Positions 10,920 through 20,536 of a stretch of DNA of 64,000 nt are shown here, in pieces. The translations under genes and the position numbers were made by a program. This DNA comes from Candidatus Eiseniibacteriota bacterium (GTDB lineage Bacteria; Eisenbacteria; RBG-16-71-46; CAVPCR01): the NCBI GenBank assembly GCA_963823555.1, contig CAWGMA010000001.1, positions 896,001-960,000 of the forward strand, in the 5' to 3' direction. The notes beneath the pieces are model-generated. The model was given only the letters and a program-made list of their open reading frames with translations, did no database searches and was not told where the DNA came from. Every line of letters starts with the position of its first letter. Position 1 is the stretch's first letter.

Positions 10920-13900
10920 ATGATCCGCTGGCTGGCGCACCATCTCCTCCTGGCGCTCGCCGCTCTCGCCATCCTGGCCGGAGCTCTTCTGGCTGCTGCG
11001 GCCATCGTCCGCCGCACGGTCGGCAGCGCCGAGCTGGCGCGCACCGCGAGCGAGCTCCTGACCGAGCAGCTCGATCCGGCCACCACGCGCTTGCGCATCG
11101 CCGATATCTCCGGCAATCCGTTGACCGGGATCGTGCTCCACGAGGTCGCCCTCGAGGTGCGGCAAGCACCGGGCGGAGCCGCGGCGATCCCTGCGGTCGA
11201 TTCGCCATGGCAAGCGTTCCTCGCCACATCCGAAGTGCGGGTGAGCTATGCGCCGCTGGAGATTCTCCGCCGCCGGCCCCGGATCCGGGAGGTCCAGCTG
11301 GTCTCACCCACGATCGTCTTGCCCGCGGCAGGCGAGGCCTGGCCTGGACTCCGGAAGGGCCGGGGAGCGCCATCCCGCACGGACGGCCTCGGTCTTAGCA
11401 TCGATCATCTGGTGATGATCGATGCCACCCTCACCCGCGACTCGGTGCCGACCGCCGGGAACGAGGGTGCGACACCCGCGTCGGGCGGGACTCACGGCGG
11501 GCCAACGGTCCACTTCACTCTGGGGACCGGGTTCGAGATCGGCCGTGAGTTCGTGGCGGTCGACATCGACTCGCTTCGGGCCAGGCTCGCCGACCGCCCA
11601 CCGATCAACGCAGCGGGCCGCATCGAGGTGCGGGGATCGGGTGTCTACTTCGACCACCTCGAACTCCGCAGCGGGCTCTCCCACGCGCTGCTCGGCGGCG
11701 GGCTCGATGGCCTGCGGGGAGCTCGGGTGCGTGTCGAGCTCGACTCGCTGGTGTGGGCCGATCTGGAGGCCGCACTGAGCACGACGCTGTTTGGGCATCC
11801 AGGCTGGATTCGCGGCACCGTCACCCTGGACGGCGAGTGGGTGGACCTGCGCTATGCGTTCACCGGCGAGGCCAGAGTGGGCGAGGCCCGCCTCGATGGG
11901 CTCGCCATTTCCGGCGTCGCGGATCCGCGCGCCATCGCCATCGACAAACTCGCATTCAGGATCGATGAGGTGCCATTCAACGGTTCGGGAAGGATCGGAC
12001 TCGGCACGGAACGAGCACGGTCCGCCGCTCGTCTCTCCTTTGGCGAGGTCGATTTCAAGAACTTCCCGTTCCTCCGCGATCTGGCCTGGTTGCCTCGAGG
12101 CCGGCTTGCAGGAGCCGTGGACGTGGCGGGCGAGACGCGCGGGCCGGAAGGACCGCGCCGGCCGTTCACGCTCGACGTGGTTCGGGGCGAGGTTGCGGGA
12201 TTCGTGATCGCGCCGGGTCGGTTTCGTGGTGGACTTGGCCGTGACGGGGTCATCGATCTCGAGGAATATGCGGTGACCACGCGCGGCGCCGTGATCACCG
12301 GGAGCGGGCGCATCGATCCGCGAGGGGAGCTCGCACTCATCCAGGACCTAACCATCACCGATCTCGCAGCGCTGGGCGGGATGGTCGGGGAGAATCGCTT
12401 CGGTGGTCGGGGGATGCTGCATCTGACCCTCTCCGGTCCGGTGCGTGCGCCTGGCTTCGCGGCTGAAGGGGATCTCGACTCGCTCGCCGCCGGTCCTTTC
12501 CTCCTGCGTTCGGTCCAGGTTCACGTCGAGAACGGCACAGCGCGCCCGCAGTTCGCGTTCGACCTGGCGGCGACCGCCGGGCGCGGGAAGCTCGGCGGGC
12601 TCGGGCTCGACAGCCTTGCGGTCGACTTCAGCTACTCGAGCGGTGCCATCCAGGCTCGCCACTTCCAGATGGTGCGGGCCCAATCCGAGGTGCATGGCTC
12701 CGGCCATATCGAGTTCCTGGCCGGAGCCACCCTCTTCGATGCCGACACGGTGGGCCTCCGCATCGGCGATCTGCGCTTCACAGCGACCGAGCCGGTGCGG
12801 GCGGAACGTCGCGGCTCGCTGTGGGTGATCGATGATGTGGCCTTGGTGGGAGCCGGGGGAGAGCTCGGCGCCAGGGGTACCATCGACGCCGCCGGGCGCG
12901 ACACCGAGTTCACGCTGGAGGCTCATCGCCTGGACCTGGCTGCGTTCGGGGCCGCCTTGGGAGGTGGGGCGGCGCCGGCTGGCGTCCTCGATCTCCGTCT
13001 CGTGGCCGGCGGCGGCGGGCCGGATTTCAACCTGGACGTAGCCTTGAAGTCGGACTCGCTCCGGGTCGGAGCGTTCGCAGCCGCGGGGCTCTCGATCGCG
13101 GCCACCCTGACCCGGGATGCGATCCGTCTCGACCCGATCCGCTTCCACCGGGGCGGCCAGATCGAGGTGAACGGCGAAATCCGGCTTGCGACCGAGCTCA
13201 CCGGCTTTCGCAACCTGCCGCGGCTGTTTCAGAAGGCGACTCTCGCTCGCGCGTCCGTCGATCTCGCCGTGAGCGCACCCCAGCTCGATCTCGAGAGCTG
13301 GCACGGTCTCCATTCGACGATCGATCAATGCGCCGGGTCGATCGCCCTGAACGCCGAGATCACGGGCGCCATGTCCGCTCCGGACGGCACGCTCGAGATC
13401 CGAAGCGATCGTTTCGTGCTCGCCGGGCGCGCCTTTGCTCCGGCGGTGGCCAGCGCGCAGCTCATGAGCGGCCAGGTGGTCCTCTCCACCTCTCGCTTCG
13501 GGGTGGCCGAGATGCCGTTCAGCGTGCGCGGCGCGACCCCGCTCCATCTCCGTCTCGACGCCCCCCCGGCTCTCGATCGCGACGGGCCGATCGATCTCGT
13601 GGCCGACCTGGATGGCGCCAGCCTGGCGCTGGCGGCCTACCTGAGCCGGAGCATCGCCGAGGCGGAGGGCGTCATCGATGGCCAGATCCGCGTTGCCGGT
13701 TCGCTCAATGCCCCGTCCTTCTTCGGCACGGTGGTCATCAAGGACGGTCGAATCGTCATCGGCGGGCGGGAAGAAGCCATCGAGGATCTGACAGCGCGCC
13801 TCGAGCTCACCGGCCAGCGGATCGAGTTCGTCGATCTGGAGGCGACCGACGGGGCCCGGGGGCGCCTCCGCGCGACCGGCGTGCTCGATGTCACGGGAGC

Positions 13901-14843
13901 GCGACTGGCGGGATACGATATGAGCGTGCGCCTCCGGGAGTACGAAGTCGGGATGACGGGTGATTACCTTGCGACCATCGACGGTGCGCTCACCCTCCGC
14001 AAGGGAGAGGTGGCCGGACTCACCGGGCTTCCGGAGTATGGCGGGAGGATCTCGGTGCGCCGGCTCGATTACGTGCGGGAGGTGGTCGGCGGTCGCTCGG
14101 TGGGTGAGCCGGGACCTTCGAGCTGGATCGGGCGGTTCGAGATCGAGCTCCCGCGCAATGCATGGATCCGTAACAACGACCTCGAAGTGGAGCTCAAGGG
14201 AGAGCTCACGTACGAGCGCGACGTCGCCGGGCGCATCATTCTCGGCGACCTGGAGACGATCCGGGGGCGCTACGATCTGGTTGGACACACGTTCAGGATC
14301 ACGAGCGGGGAGATCCTGTTCACCGATCCCGAGGTGATCGATCCCGAGATCAATGTGAGCGCCGAGACTCGCATTCCGGAGGCCCGCATCTTCGCCACGA
14401 TTACCGGCCGGGCTTCCGATCGCCAGGTCACGCTGACCTCGGAGCCGGATTATGATCAGGCTACGCTGTGGCGATTCCTGGTGCCGACCGATGCCGAGCA
14501 GGTGACGAGCATGGCGTTGACCCCGTTCATGCGCGACCTCGAGCGGAGCTTGAGCCGGCAGATCCCGGGTCTCTCCGTCCGCGTCGAGGCACGGACCCTG
14601 GAGGAGGGCGCCGAGCCGACCTGGGGAGCGCGAGTGGGAACCTATGTGGCGCCCGAGCTCTTCCTCTCCGCCTATCAGGGATTCTCATCGGGATCAGCCC
14701 AGGACCTGTCGGTCGAGTACGAGCTGAGCCGGATCGCGTACCTCAAGGGCTCGGTGCTGCGCAGCGGTCTCACCGAGAGCCGCTCGAGCCAGGATGTGGA
14801 CCAGGACTACTCGATCGATCTGAACCTGCGCTGGGAGTTCTAG
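10920..14843 (+). CDS. tamB: Translocation and assembly module TamB (AsmA-like, DUF490 C-terminus)
   Basis: N-terminal TM anchor, 1307 aa of beta-rich glycine-periodic sequence, GRYDLVGHTFRITSG..F, DPEINVSA, LTSEP, terminal LNLRWEF; adjacent to the Omp85 gene. Confidence 0.85.
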   Translation: MIRWLAHHLLLALAALAILAGALLAAAAIVRRTVGSAELARTASELLTEQLDPATTRLRIADISGNPLTGIVLHEVALEVRQAPGGAAAIPAVDSPWQAFLATSEVRVSYAPLEILRRRPRIREVQLVSPTIVLPAAGEAWPGLRKGRGAPSRTDGLGLSIDHLVMIDATLTRDSVPTAGNEGATPASGGTHGGPTVHFTLGTGFEIGREFVAVDIDSLRARLADRPPINAAGRIEVRGSGVYFDHLELRSGLSHALLGGGLDGLRGARVRVELDSLVWADLEAALSTTLFGHPGWIRGTVTLDGEWVDLRYAFTGEARVGEARLDGLAISGVADPRAIAIDKLAFRIDEVPFNGSGRIGLGTERARSAARLSFGEVDFKNFPFLRDLAWLPRGRLAGAVDVAGETRGPEGPRRPFTLDVVRGEVAGFVIAPGRFRGGLGRDGVIDLEEYAVTTRGAVITGSGRIDPRGELALIQDLTITDLAALGGMVGENRFGGRGMLHLTLSGPVRAPGFAAEGDLDSLAAGPFLLRSVQVHVENGTARPQFAFDLAATAGRGKLGGLGLDSLAVDFSYSSGAIQARHFQMVRAQSEVHGSGHIEFLAGATLFDADTVGLRIGDLRFTATEPVRAERRGSLWVIDDVALVGAGGELGARGTIDAAGRDTEFTLEAHRLDLAAFGAALGGGAAPAGVLDLRLVAGGGGPDFNLDVALKSDSLRVGAFAAAGLSIAATLTRDAIRLDPIRFHRGGQIEVNGEIRLATELTGFRNLPRLFQKATLARASVDLAVSAPQLDLESWHGLHSTIDQCAGSIALNAEITGAMSAPDGTLEIRSDRFVLAGRAFAPAVASAQLMSGQVVLSTSRFGVAEMPFSVRGATPLHLRLDAPPALDRDGPIDLVADLDGASLALAAYLSRSIAEAEGVIDGQIRVAGSLNAPSFFGTVVIKDGRIVIGGREEAIEDLTARLELTGQRIEFVDLEATDGARGRLRATGVLDVTGARLAGYDMSVRLREYEVGMTGDYLATIDGALTLRKGEVAGLTGLPEYGGRISVRRLDYVREVVGGRSVGEPGPSSWIGRFEIELPRNAWIRNNDLEVELKGELTYERDVAGRIILGDLETIRGRYDLVGHTFRITSGEILFTDPEVIDPEINVSAETRIPEARIFATITGRASDRQVTLTSEPDYDQATLWRFLVPTDAEQVTSMALTPFMRDLERSLSRQIPGLSVRVEARTLEEGAEPTWGARVGTYVAPELFLSAYQGFSSGSAQDLSVEYELSRIAYLKGSVLRSGLTESRSSQDVDQDYSIDLNLRWEF

Positions 14844-14906
14844 CTTCACCCGAGCCGGCCTGCTTCGGGCTTGATTCCGGGCGGTCCCGTTGACCAAACT
14901 CACCCC

Positions 14907-17216
14907 ATGCCGAATCCAAACGATCTCCTCGCTCGCCTGAACGACCGCCAGCGCGAGGCCGTGCTCCACGGGGACGGCCCCCTCCTCGTGCTGGCCGGTG
15001 CGGGGAGCGGGAAGACCCGCGTCCTCACCCACCGGGTCGCGCACCTCGTCCACGAGCGGGGGCTGGATCCCCGGCACATCCTCGCTTTCACCTTCACCAA
15101 CAAGGCGGCGCGCGAGATGAGAGAGCGGATCATCGCCCTGATCGGCGATGTCCCCGGCCTCTGGGTCGGCACCTTCCATGCCATCTGCCTGCGCATCCTG
15201 CGCGCTCATCCCGAGGCGGCGCACCGGACGGAGTCGTTCTCGATCTACGACGCCGATGATCAGATCGCGCTCACCAAGGCCTGCCTCAAGGCCGTGGAGC
15301 TCTCCGATCGCGAGTACCGCCCGCAAGTGGTGCACGCTCAGATCAGCCGCGCCAAGAACAACCTGGTCGATCACAGTGCCTTCGAGGCCAGTGCGGCCTC
15401 CATCTTCGAGCGCACCGTAGCCCGCCTGTATCGCGAGTACGACCGGCGCCTCGAGGCGGCCAATGCCTTCGATTTCGATGATCTGATCCTGCGCACGATC
15501 CAGCTCTTCCGCCGGGAGCCGGACATCCTCGCTCGTTATACGGCACGCTTCCGTCACGTTCTCGTCGACGAGTACCAGGACACCAACCACGCTCAGTATG
15601 TCCTGATCTCGCTCCTGGCCTCCGGGAGCCGGAACCTGGCCGTCGTCGGCGACGACGATCAGTCGATCTACGGCTGGCGCGGCGCCGACATCGGCAACAT
15701 CCTCTCCTTCGAGGAGACCTATCCCGACGCGCGCGTGATCCGGCTCGAGCAGAACTACCGTTCCACCAAGACCATTCTGCGGGCGGCGAACCACGTGGTG
15801 GCCCGCAATGTGGGCCGCAAGCCCAAGGAGCTGTGGACCGAGAACGAGGCCGGCGAGAAGATCCAGCTCTGGATGTTGCCGGACGAGGAGCGCGAAGCAG
15901 ACCGCATCATCGGCGAGATTCGCGGTCGGGTGCTGCGGGGGGAGTTCGGGTACCGCGACGCGGTCGTTCTCTATCGCACCCACGCCCAGTCGCGCCCGCT
16001 CGAGGCGGCGCTGCGCCGCAACGGTATCGCCTACGATCTCGTGGGTGGCATCTCGTTTTACGAGCGCAAGGAGGTCAAGGACATCCTGGCCTACCTGCGC
16101 ATCCTCGACAACCCCGGTGACGATGTGAGCATGGCCCGCATCGTCAACGTCCCCAAGCGCGGCATCGGTCCGACATCGGTTGAGCGCCTGACCTCCTTTG
16201 CGCGGCGCGAGGGACTGGGGCTCAGGGCGGCGGGAGCACGGCTGGGGGAGATCCCGGACCTGGGTTCGGCCGCGATCAAGCGGCTCGGCGAGTTCATCGC
16301 CCTCCTGGATCGGCTCGGGGCGAGTGCCGAGATGCCGGCGGCCGACCGCATCGTGGCTGTCATCGAGGCGGTCGGCTACCTGGACCACCTCGAAGAGGAA
16401 GATCCCGATACGGCCGGCGCGCGGCGGGAGAACCTGGACGAGCTGGTGGCCGCGGCCGCGCACTATGCCGAGGTGACGGGAGATCCGACGGTCGCCGGCT
16501 TCCTGGCCGAGGTGGCGCTGGTGGCCGCCGTGGATCGGATGAGTGAGGACGCGGAACGCGTGACGCTCATGACGGCCCATAACGCCAAGGGGCTCGAGTT
16601 TCCCCTGGTGTTCGTCGCTGGGCTCGAGCAGGGGCTGTTCCCGCATGCGTCGTCGTTCGATGACCCTCGCCAGCTCGAGGAGGAGCGGCGGCTCTTCTAT
16701 GTCGCGCTCACGCGCGCCGAGCGCCACGTCGTCCTGTCCGCGGCACGCGAGCGGCGGCGCATGGGCGGATACATGAGCGCCGAGATCTCGGACTTCATCC
16801 AGGAGATCCCGGCCGAGCTGATCGAGGTGAGCGACCTCTCCGCGGTCGAGGCCTCTCGTTCCTGGCGGGGCTCGGCCGCGGCCGGGCGCCGCGGTGGCGG
16901 GCGTCCCTGGGAACGCCGCGGCGAGGACGCCCCCGGGATGCCGCGGCGCTACCCGCCCGAGTCGCGCCCCGTGTCGGCACGTGGTGTCCTCCACCGCGAG
17001 CCCGCCGGCGAGGAGCGATCGGGGCGGGTCGTCGAGCCGGATCTCGACCAGGCGCTGACCCGCGTTGTCGGCGCGCGCGTGCACCACGCACAGTTCGGTG
17101 CAGGCGTCGTCGTCGGGCAGGAAGGTCATGGTCCCGAGGCCAGGCTCACCGTGCGCTTTGCCGGAGGGCTGACCAAGCGCGTGGTGGCACGATTCCTGAG
17201 CCTTGTGGCCCCGTGA
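14907..17216 (+). CDS. pcrA: UvrD/PcrA ATP-dependent DNA helicase
   Basis: LAGAGSGKT, VDEYQDTN, GDDDQSIY, EQNYRS, KGLEF, EERRLFYVA; C-terminal HAQFGAG Tudor-like domain. Confidence 0.95.
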   Translation: MPNPNDLLARLNDRQREAVLHGDGPLLVLAGAGSGKTRVLTHRVAHLVHERGLDPRHILAFTFTNKAAREMRERIIALIGDVPGLWVGTFHAICLRILRAHPEAAHRTESFSIYDADDQIALTKACLKAVELSDREYRPQVVHAQISRAKNNLVDHSAFEASAASIFERTVARLYREYDRRLEAANAFDFDDLILRTIQLFRREPDILARYTARFRHVLVDEYQDTNHAQYVLISLLASGSRNLAVVGDDDQSIYGWRGADIGNILSFEETYPDARVIRLEQNYRSTKTILRAANHVVARNVGRKPKELWTENEAGEKIQLWMLPDEEREADRIIGEIRGRVLRGEFGYRDAVVLYRTHAQSRPLEAALRRNGIAYDLVGGISFYERKEVKDILAYLRILDNPGDDVSMARIVNVPKRGIGPTSVERLTSFARREGLGLRAAGARLGEIPDLGSAAIKRLGEFIALLDRLGASAEMPAADRIVAVIEAVGYLDHLEEEDPDTAGARRENLDELVAAAAHYAEVTGDPTVAGFLAEVALVAAVDRMSEDAERVTLMTAHNAKGLEFPLVFVAGLEQGLFPHASSFDDPRQLEEERRLFYVALTRAERHVVLSAARERRRMGGYMSAEISDFIQEIPAELIEVSDLSAVEASRSWRGSAAAGRRGGGRPWERRGEDAPGMPRRYPPESRPVSARGVLHREPAGEERSGRVVEPDLDQALTRVVGARVHHAQFGAGVVVGQEGHGPEARLTVRFAGGLTKRVVARFLSLVAP

Positions 17217-17500
17217 TGATCTCACGAGAAGAACTCGCCCAGGTTGCGCGCCTCGCCGGTCTCGATCTGAGTGTCGAGGAGCTGGAACGCCTTGCCCGAG
17301 ACCTCACCACCATCCTCGATTATGTGGCGCGTCTCGATGAGCTCGATCTCGGGGTGTCGCCCGCGGTGAGCCATGAAACCGAGCGCGCGACGCCGCTGCG
17401 CGCCGACCGGGTCGCACCAAAGGAAGCCAGGACGGCCGCGCTCATTCCGGTGCCCACCACCGCCGCCGGTCTCATCCGTGTGCCGAAGGTCCTCACCTGA
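17216..17500 (+). CDS. gatC: Asp/Glu-tRNA amidotransferase subunit C
   Basis: ISREEL..VARLA.L, ILDYV..L.ELD, LRAD, VPKV; directly before gatA. Confidence 0.92.
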   Translation: MISREELAQVARLAGLDLSVEELERLARDLTTILDYVARLDELDLGVSPAVSHETERATPLRADRVAPKEARTAALIPVPTTAAGLIRVPKVLT

Positions 17501-18957
17501 TGCCGGCCGACGGCGAACGCCTCACGGCGGCCGAGATCGCGGGCCAGGTCCGTGCCGGCGAAGTCCCGGCGCGCGACGTGGTTGAGGCGGCTTTGACACG
17601 GATCGAACATGGGGATCCAGTCCTCCATGCGTTCCTCCACGTGTCCGGCGCCGAGGCGCTGGCGGCGGCGGCGATGCTCGATGCGCGGCGTGCGCGCAGG
17701 GACACCGCAGACCCGGGGCCACTGGCCGGGGTTCCCGTCGCCCTCAAGGACAACCTCACCACGCTCGATGCTCCCACCACGTGTGCCTCGCGCCTGCTCG
17801 AGGGCTTCCGGCCGGCGTTCGACGCCACGGCCGTGTCCCGCCTGCGTGCCGCCGGAGCGGTCATCGTCGGCAAGACCAACATGGACGAGTTCGGGATGGG
17901 CTCCTCGGGCGAGAACTCCGCCTTCGGTCCGACGAGGAATCCGTGGGATCCGACGCGCGTGCCGGGGGGGTCTAGCTCCGGGTCGGCGGCCGCCGTCGCC
18001 GCCGGCATGGTCCCGCTCGCCCTCGGCTCCGACACCGGCGGTTCGGTGCGGCAGCCGGCGGCGCTGTGCGGTGTGTTCGGGCTCAAGCCGACATACGGTC
18101 GCGTATCGCGCTCGGGACTCGTTGCCTTCGCCTCCTCTCTCGATCAGGTGGGAGTCCTGGCGCGCACCGTCGATGATCTGGAGATCGCGCTCCGGGTGAT
18201 CGCCGCTCCCGATCCGGCCGATTCGACTTCACACCCCGACGCAGCTCGTTTCCCGGATCCGGAGCTCCGTGTTCCGGCGCGTCTCGGGGTGCCGTTCGCG
18301 GCCCTGGCCGAGGGCCTCGACCCCGACACGATCGAGGGGTTTGCGGCGACCCTCGAGCGCTTCCGCGCTGCCGGTGTGCGGATCGTCGAGATCGAGCTGC
18401 CGCATCCCGACCATGCGCTCGCGGTGTATGCCATCGTGGCCACGGCCGAGGCAGCAGCCAACCTCGCCCGCTACGACGGCGTGCGCTACGGGTGGCGCGC
18501 CGAGGAGTCGGCGAGCTTCGAGGCGCTGGTTCAAGTCACCCGCGGTCGAGGTTTCGGCTCCGAGGTGAAGAGGCGGATCATGCTCGGGACCTTCGTTCTC
18601 AGGGCGGGCTACGTGGATGCCTACTACGTGCGCGCGCAGAAGGCGCGCGCGCTCATCCAGCACGAGCTGACCGCCTGCTTCCACGAGGTGGATGCGATCT
18701 TGACGCCTACATCGCCCACGGTTGCGTTCCCCCTCGGCGAACGTGCCGGCGATCCCCTCGCCATGTACCTGAGCGATCTTTTCACGATCCCGGCGAACCT
18801 GGCTGGATTACCGGCGCTGAGCTTCCCGGCCGGGCGGGGAGTGGAGTCGGGGCTCCCGGTGGGGATGCAACTCATCGGTCCGCCACGTGCCGAGATCGCG
18901 CTGTGCGAGCTGGTGCGCCGGGTGGGGGCCGTGGCGGAGGCGCCTCCGCTCTCGTGA
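17500..18957 (+). CDS. gatA: Asp/Glu-tRNA amidotransferase subunit A
   Basis: GKTNMDEFGMGSS, PGGSSSGS, GSDTGGSVRQPA, RYDGVRYG, EVKRRIMLG. Confidence 0.96.
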   Translation: MPADGERLTAAEIAGQVRAGEVPARDVVEAALTRIEHGDPVLHAFLHVSGAEALAAAAMLDARRARRDTADPGPLAGVPVALKDNLTTLDAPTTCASRLLEGFRPAFDATAVSRLRAAGAVIVGKTNMDEFGMGSSGENSAFGPTRNPWDPTRVPGGSSSGSAAAVAAGMVPLALGSDTGGSVRQPAALCGVFGLKPTYGRVSRSGLVAFASSLDQVGVLARTVDDLEIALRVIAAPDPADSTSHPDAARFPDPELRVPARLGVPFAALAEGLDPDTIEGFAATLERFRAAGVRIVEIELPHPDHALAVYAIVATAEAAANLARYDGVRYGWRAEESASFEALVQVTRGRGFGSEVKRRIMLGTFVLRAGYVDAYYVRAQKARALIQHELTACFHEVDAILTPTSPTVAFPLGERAGDPLAMYLSDLFTIPANLAGLPALSFPAGRGVESGLPVGMQLIGPPRAEIALCELVRRVGAVAEAPPLS

Positions 18958-19017
18958 GTGATTGCCGATGAGGATGGTGGTTTCCAGGGCAGCCCGGATG
19001 GAGACGGGGATGGCGCC

Positions 19018-20508
19018 ATGAGCGACCAGATCGTGGAGCCCGTCGGTGGCTACGAGCCGGTGATCGGGCTCGAGGTGCATTGCCGGCTGCGCACGGATAC
19101 CAAGATCTTCTGCTCGTGTTCCACGGTGTTCGGGGCCGCGCCCAACACCCAGGTTTGCCCGGTCTGCCTCGGCCATCCGGGAGCGCTCCCGGTGCTCAAT
19201 GCCCGTGCCGTGGAGCTGGCTGTCCGCCTTGCGCTGGCCGTCGGAGCCGAGATCGCGACCGAATCGGTCTTCGCGCGTAAGAGCTACTTCTATCCCGATC
19301 TTCCGAAGGGCTACCAGATCTCGCAGTACGAGCAACCGCTCGCGGTCGGCGGTGCGGTGAGTTTCAGGAGCGGCGGCGCGGAGCAGGCGATGCGTCTCCA
19401 ACGCATCCATCTCGAGGAAGACGCCGGCCGCCTGGTCCACGACAACGACTCGAGCCCGGGCGGTGCAGCCAGCCTCGTCGATTTCAATCGCGCGGGTGTT
19501 CCCCTGATCGAAGTCGTGACCGAACCGCAAGCGATCACCCCGCGCGAGGCGGCGCGCTGTCTCGCCCGGCTGCGTCAGCTCGTGCGCTGGCTCGATGTGT
19601 CCGACGGCAACATGGAGGAGGGGAGCCTGCGCTGTGACGCCAACGTCTCGCTCCGGTCGCGCGGCGCGCCCGGGCTCGGGGTGAAGACCGAGATCAAGAA
19701 CTTGAATTCCTTCCGCCATGTGGAGCGCAGCCTGGGGTATGAAATCAGCCGTCAGGCCGAACTCCTCGGTCGCGGCGAGCGCCTGGATCTGGAGACCCGG
19801 CTGTGGGATGTCGACCGCGCGTGCACGGTCGTCATGCGGGTCAAGGAGGAGGCGCAGGACTATCGTTACTTTCCCGAACCCGACCTCCTCCCGCTCCGGA
19901 TCGACCGGGAATTCGTGGACTCGGCCCGGATCGTGCTGCCCGAGCTCCCCGGCGCAAAGGAAACGCGCTACATGACGCAGCTGGGCCTTTCGGAGTACGA
20001 TGCCCAGCTGCTTGCCGAGACCCCTGGTCTCGGAGACTATTTCGAGCGCGTCGCCGTCCGCCATGGTCAGACCAAGCGGGCGGCGAACTGGATTCTCACC
20101 GAGGTACGGGGATATCTGGCGGAACGTGGGATCGAGATCGAGGCCTTCCCGGTCGCGGCGGAGGACCTGGCCGAGCTCCTCGACCTGGTGGCCGCTGGCA
20201 AGCTCTCGGGGCGGCTCGCCAAGGAGGTGTTCGCCACGATGGTGGCTTCCGGGAAGTCCGCCGCCACGATCGTGGACGATCGCGGCCTGGAGCAGATCAC
20301 CGATGACGAGGAGATCCGGTCCCAAGTGCTGGATGTCCTCGCGGTGCATCCAGCCGAGGTCCGGGCCTACGGGGCCGGCCGGGCTAGCGTGTTTCGTTAT
20401 CTCATGGGCGAGATCATGAAGCGGACTCGAGGACGCGTTCATCCCGAACGGACGGCGGCGATCCTCGAATCCGAGCTCGCTCGCCGCCGCAAGGCGCAAG
20501 ACCCCTAG
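19018..20508 (+). CDS. gatB: Asp/Glu-tRNA amidotransferase subunit B
   Basis: VIGLEVH, YFYPDLPKGYQISQ, HLEEDAG, GSLRCDANVS, YRYFPEPDL. Confidence 0.97.
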   Translation: MSDQIVEPVGGYEPVIGLEVHCRLRTDTKIFCSCSTVFGAAPNTQVCPVCLGHPGALPVLNARAVELAVRLALAVGAEIATESVFARKSYFYPDLPKGYQISQYEQPLAVGGAVSFRSGGAEQAMRLQRIHLEEDAGRLVHDNDSSPGGAASLVDFNRAGVPLIEVVTEPQAITPREAARCLARLRQLVRWLDVSDGNMEEGSLRCDANVSLRSRGAPGLGVKTEIKNLNSFRHVERSLGYEISRQAELLGRGERLDLETRLWDVDRACTVVMRVKEEAQDYRYFPEPDLLPLRIDREFVDSARIVLPELPGAKETRYMTQLGLSEYDAQLLAETPGLGDYFERVAVRHGQTKRAANWILTEVRGYLAERGIEIEAFPVAAEDLAELLDLVAAGKLSGRLAKEVFATMVASGKSAATIVDDRGLEQITDDEEIRSQVLDVLAVHPAEVRAYGAGRASVFRYLMGEIMKRTRGRVHPERTAAILESELARRRKAQDP

Positions 20509-20536
20509 CGTGCGATCTCACGCCGTGAGCGAGGGT

